Notes under the pieces: model-generated
Told to the model about the DNA's origin: nothing
The model's input: the letters and a program-made list of their open reading frames with translations, nothing else
Databases searched by the model: none
From: Antedon mediterranea
Lineage: Eukaryota; Animalia; Echinodermata
Length of the DNA: 64,000 bases
NCBI RefSeq assembly: GCF_964355755.1
Contig: NC_092672.1
Location: 6,200,001-6,264,000, forward strand
Reading direction: 5' to 3'
Translations under genes and position numbers: made by a program
Shown here: positions 51,541 through 64,000 of the stretch, in pieces
How the letters are laid out: the number at the start of each line of letters is the position of its first letter
Position numbering within the stretch: position 1 is the first letter of the stretch

Positions 51541-53127
51541 ACTAGAATTTAATTCGTCACTTTGACGAATTATAGGTGATCATTTTTATCATTTTAATAA
51601 AATTAACATTTTTTAAACATGCATGTACGTTAACATACGATCGTTAAAAGTTGATGTACGCCATCCTATGACATGATTGCATATACACTTATAGTGCTGA
51701 GTTCTACCTATGTGTCATACAATATGTACAGTACATACTGTATACAGTGTATAGCATAGGTGAAATTACGGGACTCACATCGTGTTCTAATTTTTTGGTA
51801 TGATGGAATTTTCAAAATAAACTCGAAGATGACAATTTCGAAAGATAATGAATTGAGCAAATAAATATAAGGATTGGAAGAAAATTTGACACGTAGAAGC
51901 GCAATGCGCGGTCTTTGAAATTTGTATAACTTTGACTAAAGAAATTTAAAAACTACTTTTTAACTTCAACTGGCCATATGATAACATCACAACATCCGAT
52001 AGGCTTAATTTTAATATGAATTCATATCTACATTTCATCAGCTTTCATAATAACTTATAATCTTCAAAGTCACCTTTAATTCTGAAGAGCTATAAGATAT
52101 TCAAATGTATAGTGTAGCTGAAATTACACGACCTAGGTTATTCAAGTTTTTACGCGTGATGACGTCATCAAAATAAAAATGTTGACAACTCATTAGAAGA
52201 ATAATTAATTGAGCAAGCACATACTAAAAGTTGTGCAAAAATCGGGCTCAAATAACGGAGATGCGCTCTATTGAATGTGATAACCCACACAAAAAGAAAA
52301 AAATTCCTAATTTTTAAATTCAAGTGGCCATTTGATGACGTCATACCATTTTGTACGTCTAATGTGTATATACATTTGTATCTACAACTTATTGGCTTCC
52401 ATAATAAGTTAAAAAAAATTGGGGGTCATCTGCCATTCTGAAGAGTTATATTCATTTTAAAAAGTCCTTATTTTTTACCATTTTTAGCACTTTTGTACAA
52501 TTAGTGTGCGCATTTTGTCATTTTTAACGTGCTCGTATAGCGTTATTTTAAGTCGGAATGGACTCAAAATTGGTGAATGTACTAAGGATTGTGAGTAGAA
52601 TGTGATTTATACATCAAATTTTATTTTTTACGCATTTTAAGAATCGTGCGCACAAAAACGCATTTTTGCGCAGTAATTTTTTGAAACGCGCAAATGGCCT
52701 AATTCATGCTCTAAATTGATCAAAACCTAATTTTGCGCGTTTTAAATTTTAAACGCGCGATTTCACGTTCATGACCTTGAAACGCGCAACTTTTTATTTG
52801 CTAATATTTTTACCCTTGACCTGAAGTTTACCTGTAGTGAATTTCATTAATATGTCATAATGAATTATGGAGATATGATTGATAATGTGATTTCACAAAA
52901 TGGCGTATAAATGACGTCACGGATGAGTGATCACGCTGGAAAGCTGATTAGGATTAAGTTATATTATTTGAAAGATATTCTGAAATTTTGGTAATCATTG
53001 ACATTAAACTTTTTGAGATAATTGTTACACAAAATAGTGTACAGAAACAATAAAAAGAAAAATAAAGATTTCATACAATAACAATAGGTGATCATTTTAG
53101 AATATTTTATTCTAAATGATCACCTAA
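51541..53127 (-). mobile_element. Helentron-associated non-autonomous element (HINE/DINE-1-like)
   Basis: Minus strand: 5' TTAGGTGATCATTT..AAATGATCACCTA inverted repeat; 3' subterminal GATCACCTA followed by stem-loop AATTCGTCAAAGTGACGAATT and a CTAGT end. Confidence 0.7.
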
Positions 53128-56100
53128 CTATCCCTTTCTATTCTATATCCATTTTCTAAAGGCCATAGACTTTCCCCCAAGTCTGTAGTTATTTCAAGGC
53201 TTTTCTATATTTCTATATACAAGATCAATACGTATGAAACGCCATATGTGCCAATATATTTATCTTTTTACTAAGTCAAAACTCCGTCTGGAACCCAGAC
53301 TACATAGGCCCCTGTACTGTACGTGTAGTATTCAGCATTCACTTGAATGTTACATTTTATCAATCTGATATCAGTGACAGGTTATCGATAGTTGGACTGT
53401 GGATATTTGTACATGTGCGATATTATTACGCTTTGACAATCCTTTCTATATTTTTGACAGAATGTTTCCATCATGGGTTTTATGAGTCACACAGCAAATA
53501 AATGATATTATCTAGAGTGTATTATTTATAGCCCCCTTGAAATAAGGTACCAACTTTAGAGCAAAGATGTTTTAACAACCCCACCAGTCGAGTCTAATGG
53601 ATGGAACTGATAGTGATATCAGGCTATTTACATTATGTAAATAGACACAAGTGCATGTACATTTCACAATGGACTTTCCGAGCACCACGAAGCATGCATG
53701 CAACATAGCGTAACGATGCGCACATGATGTTTACCTAGTCTAGGTTCTAGACGGCGATTCGATTTAATTTATTTTGGCACACATTGCGTTTCAAACGTAT
53801 ACTTAAAATGTAATTTACAGACAAAAACGTCGACTGACTGGTGGAGAAAAAAATATAAAGAGACTTGGAGCAAGTCTAATGTTTACCAATCGGTGTTGCG
53901 ATAACTTCCGCGACGACACCAAAACAACAACATTTGGCGTAGTTGCAAAATCTTTCACAGCGGCGCGGATTGGTTTGTGCATCCATGCGTAAGAAGTTAC
54001 GCTCTACTGCGTCTTAGTATGTGGTACCTCGTCGTGCAATCGAATCCTATATTAATATAGTTGTGACTAATAAAACGTGTCTGCTATTGTGTACAATATC
54101 TCATTCGACTGGCACCATAACAAGATAAACCCAGATTAGTATAACAAATACATATATCCTGTAAACACCCACTGGAAACAATTCTACTCAAAATTATATT
54201 AATGCAAATATTCGAGTGTCAAGGTGAACAAGCTCTTCTATATTGATGATTCCTGGCAATCAAACGCATACGTTTAATTTGTTTTTGTTATAAAGTGTAT
54301 CTGAATGACAATTGTTGTTTTATGATATGATGAAGAGACACGCGATCGGAATCTCGCAGGACTTAATGCACGGTACCGTAATGGTATTTCCAAACATATG
54401 CGAGCGTACTGTTTACTACATTTACAAAATACAATGATGTAGCCTTCATTAAACAATACATAGTTTGGTCGAATATCATGCATTAAACAAGGAATATTTC
54501 GCCGCTCATTTCACGATAACTCCCGTCTACATGCATCTCAATATTAAAAATTATCAGCAAATGTTTTCATAGACTCTCTTTTCCCAGACGTGCTTTGGGG
54601 TGTGCGCATGGCCAGTCCAATTCAGCCGTAGTAAACTATAAGCTGCCGCATGGTAACTGTTTCCTAATGCTTCCGTTCTCTTGAATATAACTGCCCAAAG
54701 GAGCGGCGCGAGAAAGCAGTTATACAGTTAGCATCTTGATGGAATTGAGGGGAGAAGGGAGAATTATCCATTTCTAAATTTCTTTAAAAAAAAAACAACA
54801 CGCCAGAATTTTACATCATTATACAGTATACGATACAACAATGAACAAAGCCACAAATGGATAATGCATATAAAAGCAATCATTTTTTTCATCTCTGAAA
54901 CCAGCTGACAGATGTTTAAAATAGAAAGCTATCAGCGTCCAGATATGCAGGGCATTTATTTCCGTTATATGACAGGCCTAGACACATTGAACCTCACGGT
55001 GTTATGTTTATTTTATGCGTTCGAAGAGTACTTTATTACATTCCGACATGACTCTTAACTTGTAATGTATGATAGACTTATTTCGGATCCCCTTGTTTCA
55101 CCTGCCTTTCAACGATGACAGATATGGCAAGCCAGCGTGGACATAAATAGACTTTTCCGTCGGACAAAAGCAACAAAAGCGCCTTGAGCGATTATATTAA
55201 TTTTGTATCGACTCCGAATTTCAATTACAGGAAATTGGTAGATACAAACTGAGAATTGGAAAGCAGAAGGAAAAATCAGGGATACCTATTTAGCCTCTGG
55301 GTTTGGGTAATTTTAGTAGGAGGGACCAAAGTTAGGCTGAAGTCCAGCTATCGGTCCTGGGCCGAATTGTACACAGATGTATTCTTTATGTAAAGTCGGT
55401 GTTCTTTTCAACTTTGTGAACATAACATGTATGTGTGAAACTGCCTTTAGTGTCTTCAACTTTCCAAGATGGTCACGGCTGTTCAAATGTCGTCTGCCCT
55501 GAAGTACATCCGCCAGTTGTCTTCAGATTATGGTTGACCTTCATGTATGACATCTGACCTTGTTGATTAGCTGTTGTTACAATAACGATGTTCCATAAAA
55601 TAATGATAATATCAAGTGGGCCTAAATATAGCATGTGTTTGCAGATTAGAATAAATATCACCACCATAATAAGTGGATCATTTTCCCATGCGTGTATTTG
55701 ACATATTATTTCAATCGTTGTATATAAATATTAAACTGTAAAATGTTATTGCTGTTGCTACTAAGGGCCAGGCTTTTATATTCTCCCTGGAAGTTCAATT
55801 TAAAATCGAAGGAAATGCTGGGTAATTAAGGTCAGGAGGTTGTCGAACTAACAGTCAATAGCCCTAACATTACTTTGTCATTTTACTGCTGTATACTGGA
55901 CCCTATCCGTGCCCCTAATATTACATATTGGCAATAGGTACGTCCAGGCGAAATAGATCTGAAGAACAGTAATCACAGAAGAAGGAGTAAAGAAGGGTAT
56001 TCTAGGAACAAAATGTAGCGCAAACTGGAGAGGGGGGGGGGAATCCTATCATAGGCGTCATTTGTGGGTTTGGGTATAGGCCTACATTTCGTTACCTAAA

Positions 56101-56263
56101 TCCTTATCTGGTAATGACGTTTCCTTGGGAAATGATACGCCGGATGTTGGCTGTGTCGGTTTTGATTAAATCCTATTACAGTAACTGCTTCTGGTAAAAT
56201 AGTGTAGGTTATACTTGTTAAATATATGTCGAGAATATTGTTATAAAACAACCATATAGGGCC

Positions 56264-56524
56264 TAGAGCGAAACATAATGTTGTGTGCCTCATTGGTAGA
56301 GCGAAACATAATGCGAGTGCCTTATTGGTTTAGCGAAACATAATGTTGTGTGCCTTATTGGTATAACGAAACATAATGTGAGTGCCTTATTGGTATAGCG
56401 AAACATAATGCGAGTGCCTTGGTATAGCGAAACATAATGTTGCGTGCCTTTATTGGTAGAGCGAAACATAATTTTGTGTGCCTTACTGGTATAGCGAAAC
56501 ATAATTTTGTGTGCCTTACTGGTA
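56264..56524. repeat. Minisatellite, ~32-bp unit TAGCGAAACATAATG..GTGCCTTATTGGTA, ~8 copies
   Basis: Direct tandem copies with no unique spacers. Confidence 0.9.
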
Positions 56525-59500
56525 GGCCTATATCCGTCACAATAATTAAACGATGATATACCGTCCTTTTTGCAGGGTGATGCCGGTACCAGGGCCTTGA
56601 GAGATAAACATACGGGTGGGTAGTAAAGGCCCTACCCACTTGTCAACATAACATACGGGTGGTGACAGTATACCACTTGTCATAACGTGACGTCATACCA
56701 TGTTGGAGTGATGTCAAGATTGTCAGGATGACACCAGATGATGCTGGTTGATCTACGACCATTAAATACATTTTTACAACTATGTAAATCATCCTTTATA
56801 TTATCAGAGAGGAAACGGAACTAAGAGTTGAGAGGATGCGATAAAGCATATCATTAGTACTTACAAGTTGTCTCAGCTGCTGAACATAAATAATGAGTGA
56901 TGAGGAAATCATAGGTACATTCCCTTTCTAACCATTTCATGTCAAGCAATGTAACTAATTACCATACTATTTAGTTATGTTTGAATACTAATCGGCCACT
57001 GTAACTATAAATCGAATATTTATATCTAGCTATAGCTTATCTATATCTGTCAAAATTACAAAATATGTTTTAACATGAAGAAAAAGTTAACTTATTTCTC
57101 AATGATTATTTTGACGAGGGGTTGTGATCGCTACTTTTGTACCTGTACCTATAAAATATGCCTACTGTATATAATCATAATTATTGCATATATTGGATCT
57201 ACAATCGCAACACACATGCACTAGTAACCAAGGCACATATCGGGCCAAACGCAGGAAATTATTATAGCAGAAATGGTAATCCACAACGGATGTATATGGA
57301 GAATAAAATAGTCCTCTATAGGATATGCAAATGAGCTGAGCTGAGATAAAATCATTTTAATAACGCTTCAACAAGAACTCTCGGGAAGGAATTGAACCGT
57401 AACACTCATCAAGTACCACAACTGGTATATGAGGGAGTCATTTCATTCTTCACTGGGTATATCTCATTTATTCCATGCAATGATGCCTGCCTTTATGTTA
57501 TCTGTAGGCCACATGCCCATAGATTCACAATATATTACAGTAAGGTTGACTCTCTCCTTTTTAACGATACAAATAAATACTTTGAGAGATTAACATAAGC
57601 ATTTCCATCTTTTAGTAACTTATATAACTTTAAAAAGGGATTACGCCAATAATACCGACTCAGTAAGGTATCTCTTTCTGCCTTACAAGCTGGACATACA
57701 AGACAAAAGTGATACTCGTCTTCTCGTCTTTAGACATGATCGATTAAATACACCCGCCCTCTCAAACCCCTACAAACACAATATCCCTTGTGTATGGGTA
57801 CACCTAGGATAGCTTTAGATCTTATCATGGGGTTCTCTCAATAGAATTAATTTGTATTTTATTTTTAAGTATTTTATAGAATACTGATGTATTGCGTATC
57901 ACTGCCCAACATTGGCCTTTTCTCCATTAAAGACTTATGTGACTCGAATTTGTAACTAAACCATTTAAATAAATCAATCATAGTGAGTACAGTTTAAGCC
58001 ACACCGTTTGATTTGATTGATTTGTATAAAAGTAACCGACCTAGTTAAAAAATGTCGTCATATTCCTATAATGTATCAATGGAATACGCATGCTCTTTCA
58101 AAAATATTACGATATTCATACTCAACGGTGGGGTCAAGCAAGTGCCACGACCCTTACAAAATATAGAGAGCAAGTTAGGTTCAAAATAGGTTTACATTCA
58201 TTTAAGTTACGAAATAGGAAAACATTGAACCACACAAAGACAATGTTGGTATAATAATAGGCGTATTATGTAGGACAACTTTTTGTAATTCCCTTAAAAA
58301 TGTATGTAAAAATATTACCGGTACTAAAATGTTCAACAATGGCGGGAGAGTATTGGATGTGGTCATTTTAAAATGCGGGTAGGGATCATCCATTTCAAAG
58401 TATACAGTATCTTCTGATTCTATATTTTAGCAAATCTATCATATCGATGAACATGAAACAAACATAAAATAAAGCAATAAAAGATGATTATCACCAGAGA
58501 GTCTTCAATCTGACGTCATTTTTCATGTTGCGTATGCGAAGAAGAAATCAGCAACATCAGGGGTCATTACAAGTACATGACCTCGGACAGACTAGTTTGT
58601 GAATTATTCATATTGCAATTCTAACGTGTTCACAACTTGAGGATAGTTCTTGAACAATTAGCATACCGTTATTCGATCAGCCATATGGTAATACGATTTA
58701 TATAAAAACGGATAGGCCTAATAGTTCAAATTCATATCTCAGCAAAAATGAGTGTAGTAAAATGTCCTATTGCAACCGAGGGTCTAAGATATAAATAATA
58801 AATCCATAGACAGGCATTTAAAATTGTTGAGATAAAGATAAGACAGCAGTATTGTACCGTACTGTAAATAGGGTATGATTTCGCAAATTTTGAATCTGAT
58901 CTGCAAACGAAATGTAGGCCTTACTAAAACTGGGACCCAACGTACGAACATGGAGACCAAATGGTACAAAAAGTGAGACCAAACATATCAAAACGGAGAC
59001 TCCTAGCAGTTAACGGAGACTCCTATGAAAAATAAACGTGGACTGGTACCGGTATTTGCAACGGTGTAAATCCACCGACAATAGACCATTAAAAAAACAA
59101 CAAGACAGTTAATTACACACACACATGTACCAAAATAACTCATTTGTTTTAACAATGCCGTCCAAAAATAAATCCAAACAATCCAATATAACACCACCAT
59201 GCCATTGGTAACATTATTTTAATCCATGTACTATCCCATAGCACTAATGGAAAACCAGAACTCCTTTTCATCTTTTGTTCTTTCAGTATTCTAAATCTAG
59301 GCACCATGCTTTCCTTTTCTGGCCTTTACATAATACCATGGTAAAAGGGGTGCTCACACGCAATGGCCACCGTAAATTCACACGAAATCGAGTAACCGAG
59401 ATATGATGTAGGTGAGGTAGCTATAAATAATAAGCAGTACCTGTTATTGAGATATGATTTATCATGGGAATTGATACCATGAACAGACGACATAAAACTG

Positions 59501-59727
59501 ATTTTAAAATTATGAAACAGTGATATGGTGACATGCATGCTCACTCAGTGACGTATGTAGACATTTATGTAGTCTCTGTAAGGAAAGGGGTCTTCATTAC
59601 CTTCACAATTGTAAAGTAAAACAAGACAACACAACACAAGGAGTCAGCGTAAAATGACAACCATCTTAAAGCCCCCCCCCCCCTCCCCCTCCCAACCAAT
59701 CATTCACGCTGAGGGTGACGAACCATC

Positions 59728-59902
59728 AGTGGCGTAACGCAGAGGTCCCTGGTTTAGGAACACTAAGTGGCCCTCCAACGCTGGAAGCCGGACGTTTTTA
59801 GCCTTTTTCAAATGTTAATGCCTTTCCTCTGGACACTGCTAAGGGGCCCTGTAATCTCCCGGGCCCCTGGGTTTAGCCAGTGAGCGCTCATAGCCGTTAC
59901 GC
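59728..59902. mobile_element. Degenerate hAT-like MITE
   Basis: CAGTGGCGTAAC ... GTTACGC ends with internal GGGCCC repeats; right end eroded. Confidence 0.45.
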
Positions 59903-62900
59903 GAACCATTCAGTGACACTCCTCTTTAAAATCATTATGTAGTATACAGACAATGTCACTGGGTAAAATGTTAAGACTGTTAGCAAACTGCAACGTTATC
60001 ACATTAATTAAACGGCGTATACCTAGAATCATGTCGTAATTGCCATAAAGATAGACAAATGACGTCAATATTCTAACAGGTTTCCGACAGAAATGTTTGG
60101 ATGTTGAGAGGAATGCCAACAAACGATTCGTCATTGCACGACCATCCGTGATTCTTAATTAAAAATTGTGTACCAATACATCACACACACACACACACAC
60201 ACAGTATGACGTCAATTTAGAAAAAAGGAGAAATAGAGTCCCGTCGCCCGGTACATATATTAAATAGGCCTACAGAATACGACAATATTTTTCCATTCGG
60301 AGGGGTGATTAATGGGTACATAACATGAACAAAGTATGTCCGTCCTGGCGTGCCATACAGAAGCATTAAAAAAAAAGAGGAGTGAAAAAACCAAACTGGA
60401 TAGCAAATTTGATAGAATACCGTAAAAATGCGGCAATCACATGTTATAACACTTATGCGGATTTAAGGGGGGGGGGGGGTGTCAGCACTCGCGGTAACTT
60501 TACACATGTTAGCCATTACACATGTTAAAACTCTGTATCTGCCCTAAACACCACCATTAAATAAAATTCCTTTCGCTATAGAATTACTCAAACTGAGCAA
60601 AGTCATTTTTGAACAGCAGCTAAACACACATTTTCTTGTCGATTAGACACAGACTTCCCTACAGGTAGTACACCGTTGGATGTCAAACGTCACGTACAAC
60701 CGCCGGCTACAGATACGAGAACGATACCTCACAAAAAGCAAATAACGAAACTGCTGGGTGATTAAGATTTGTATTTCAACAATCGACCGAGTTCGGAAGC
60801 AAGACTCGCAAATGTATAAAACAGAAATCGTTATATTCTACTAAACGCATGTTTTCTCATAAACAAACAATTGCAAGATTGTAATTCGAGTTAAAATGAC
60901 AAACCAAGCCTACGTCGAAGGTTAATTACAAATCTTCGGGACCTAATAAATTTCCCCTTATTAGTATGGGGTGTCCAACGAATAAAGGTTGGCCGTAATG
61001 GTAATCGGTCCTCGTTTCACGGGAACTTTTTCCCCCACCCCCAACTCTTAGGGTTGAACCTGTCTGACAGGGATGATGTCCTCTGATTAAGGATTTCCCG
61101 ATGCATATTGCATGGAACTATATTTAAATAGGACCAGGTTTAACATTTTCGGAATACATCAATTACTGCACTCACAAGACATTTGAAACAGAACAATCAA
61201 AGACCATTACTCATATTGTAACTTGACACCGAAATAAACATTTTCTTTAAACCTAATTAATTGATTTTATCATAACAAACTAGGCCAGTGTCCTGACCGC
61301 GACTTTCATTCTGTTGGAATAAACAAACCAACGCTACAGGCCTGCTGTGACTTTCGAATCTAGCCTAGAATATGCCTAAGGATTTCTAGGAACACATTTT
61401 TATGTTTAGGCTATATCTCTTGGTGCGCTAGCGATATATCTGCCTAAGTTTTTTTTAAATGCTTACAGCCAATACGTTACAACAAAAACAATGTTAATGT
61501 TTTCAGGTTTTAATATTAATATTTTAGAAGGTCAATGGTACGATTGTTTAGTTATTTACTATGCAAACATTTAAGCAAAAACCACTAAATAATTGATTAC
61601 AATGCGCCAAGCTAGAATAATGTTTACGATATCGTGTATTGTTAAAACTTAATCCACGACGCCACCCACGGCCTCATCAATAAGTTATTATTTATCATCA
61701 AGCAGGACTGTTCCTAAGATGAGGAATTTTTTAACCAATCAATAGACCTAAGTCGGGGACCTTAGATCTGGAGATGTTTATCATTTTGAGGGGAGGGAAA
61801 AAATAAAAGTATAAGTATATTTTATATAAATAACATATATTGTAATTAGCTAATCATAGAAAGAAGGCTAGGCCTATTCATTATGATTTTGATGTTCAGG
61901 AATGAGCCTGAGGTACGGATAGGCAGATCACCTGTAGGACTACAGTACTTTATCGACATAATGTATTTCCTGTCACATTCTTATAACGGAAAGGCGTGGT
62001 CGCCTGCTCCCTAAAACATAAAACGACTGCATTTCAGGTATGAGCAGGCCTAGCCTCTGTATAGCAATGTTCGTCAGATATCAACCAATCACAAGTGACC
62101 AATTTAGAATCATCGAATTAAATTGTATCGATTTTTCTGATGGCTGAAGACAAGAGTCTAGACGGTCAGTTTAAATACATCACGATAGTTCGTATTCCAA
62201 TGAATGAAACTGTATTGTATCCAATATCTATAATTTATACCCATGAGAGATATTTATGATACCTTGTATTCTAAACAATACTGATGCTGATCATCATAGA
62301 CCATCTAAAATAGACAAAATATAAGACTAGCCATGTCTAAGCCAAGATTGACCATTGAACACCCAATCATTCTCTGTAATGTATCTCCACATTATAACAT
62401 AGCAAAACATGTTCACTATCAACATCAGTAAACTAACACTAATAGTGCCAGATACAGTGTCACTTATGTATACATGCGGAGCCTGTATTATGTTCACCAA
62501 ATAGTGCTGCATCTTTGTCCAGGACAAAGATACAGCACCTAAAATCGGTAGTCTTGCCCCAAGTTTGTATTTAGTATTTTTTATGTTAATCCACCAGTTT
62601 CGATTTTTTCCCTGAAAATACAGGTAGCAGTATATGTATGGAACGCCATATGTGCCAAAATATTTATATTTTTACTAATATATTAAGTCAAAACTCCGTT
62701 TGAAACCCAAACTGCTAAAATTAGCTGCAGTTTTTTAAATATTTTGAAATAAATGTTAATGAATTTTTACAAAAACAGTTTACAATCAATTTCCGATGCT
62801 TAATTGGTTCGAATTAAGATAAGACGTGTTCACATTGTGTTTCAGGAAATATCAGCCTAGCGATACATATTGCAACAGAAAAACAGAATGAAAAGCTAAT

Positions 62901-64000
62901 GAATATTTACGACTTGACAGGATGAAATGTAATGAAAAATAGATGAAATCTTTCATTTGTAGAATAAGTGATCGAGTGTAAAGTGTCTAAAAGCATACGA
63001 CAAAACCCTTCCAATAGAGAAACACTGTAACCTTTGAATATATCGGTACATTAATATTACGTTGTACTTATTGTGAAAGTATACACCATAAAGGCCTCCA
63101 ACGAGAATAACGTTTTCAAGGTGCACGACACACCACTGATCTCAATGTAATAAATGGAAGCAGAATACTCATTTCGATATTTGTGTCCAATTCGGTAGAA
63201 AGCCGAATATTATCATTCCCCGATCATAGGCTTATACTAGGTTTTTTTATGGTTTCATGATTGCCATGTGTCCGTATTCCCGATGACACGTAGGCCTACA
63301 GATATGTATAGTAGCAGGCATCGTTATACGCTCGACTTATTACTCGTTTCTGTTTTTGTGGCCAAAACATGAACCGCGGACCCCATCGGGATCTGGATTA
63401 GAAAATAACTATGGGTAATGTTTGTTATAGCCCATATGCATGGGGACACAACAATATATACATGTCAATGACATTTTCTTACATAATCACTTTAAGTTTC
63501 AATTTCAAACACGAAAGAAAGGACAGTAGAATATTAAAGTGTGATCTTGGCTTTTGGTAAAACACGAGAATTACAGGAAGTGACACGATCCGATATAAAT
63601 TAATTACTTGTGACAAAGACCAAGGGATTATGTTTAGTTATCTGCAAGGCCAAACAATATAAACCTATTCTGTATGTAAATTATATTTCGAAACTAATTA
63701 AACCTATTGAACATACAAGTAATTAAATAGTGTGCCTAATGAACTAACATGATGTTCTACAATATGAAGGAAAAGCTTACATAACAACAACTATACATGC
63801 AGCCATACAAAATGCAGGCCTAAACACGATAGGTATGAAAACAAAAACAATACTGGAATGGTTCTCTTAAATGTTACTGTTCTTAGGCAATAATGACTAA
63901 TTGTTGCATAAGAACATTAAAGGATCTATCTACTATAAATATTTTATAAACAACTGTTCCAGTGAACCAGGTTCACAAAGAAAATAGGAATGTGAGCTAA

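Noticed and set aside
56264-56524. CRISPR-like periodic array (also 10562-10875 and 31657-31920)
   Set aside because: Head-to-tail units without unique spacers, no cas genes, eukaryotic context; these are minisatellites and their short ORFs are artefacts.
50378-64000. Short ORFs of 60-94 aa as nested genes or the GAS2 CH-domain exons
   Set aside because: No conserved motifs or consistent exon chain found by eye; treated as intron, though small exons could have been missed.

Overview
AT-rich, intron-rich eukaryotic DNA from an invertebrate animal; the repeat content suggests a marine invertebrate, possibly an echinoderm (inference). Seven protein-coding genes were reconstructed by hand from GT-AG splice sites and reading-frame phase. 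(1) The last two exons of a TRAF paralog (+). (2) A complete tandem TRAF paralog (RING, 5 zinc fingers, coiled coil, MATH; +). (3) GNB1L/ASA1 WD40 (-), head-to-head with (4) PIGS (+). (5) GDPD1-like lysophospholipase D (-), head-to-head with (6) an unannotated 406-aa TIR-like / EF-hand-like / HEAT-repeat protein (+). (7) The 3' part of a GAS2-like gene (-), whose upstream intron appears to fill the last ~13.6 kb. Non-coding DNA holds Harbinger-type, Kolobok-type and Tc1/pogo-type MITEs, a Helentron-type element, LINE remnants and minisatellites. Best novel candidates: the TIR-EF-HEAT gene with a kB-like site in a shared promoter; a split hammerhead-ribozyme core inside a triple transposon nest; a duplicated splice acceptor in PIGS that could act as a recursive splice site; a MITE family carrying CArG boxes; and a highly iterated TAGGCCTA palindrome. 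All homology calls are by eye and memory; no database searches were run.
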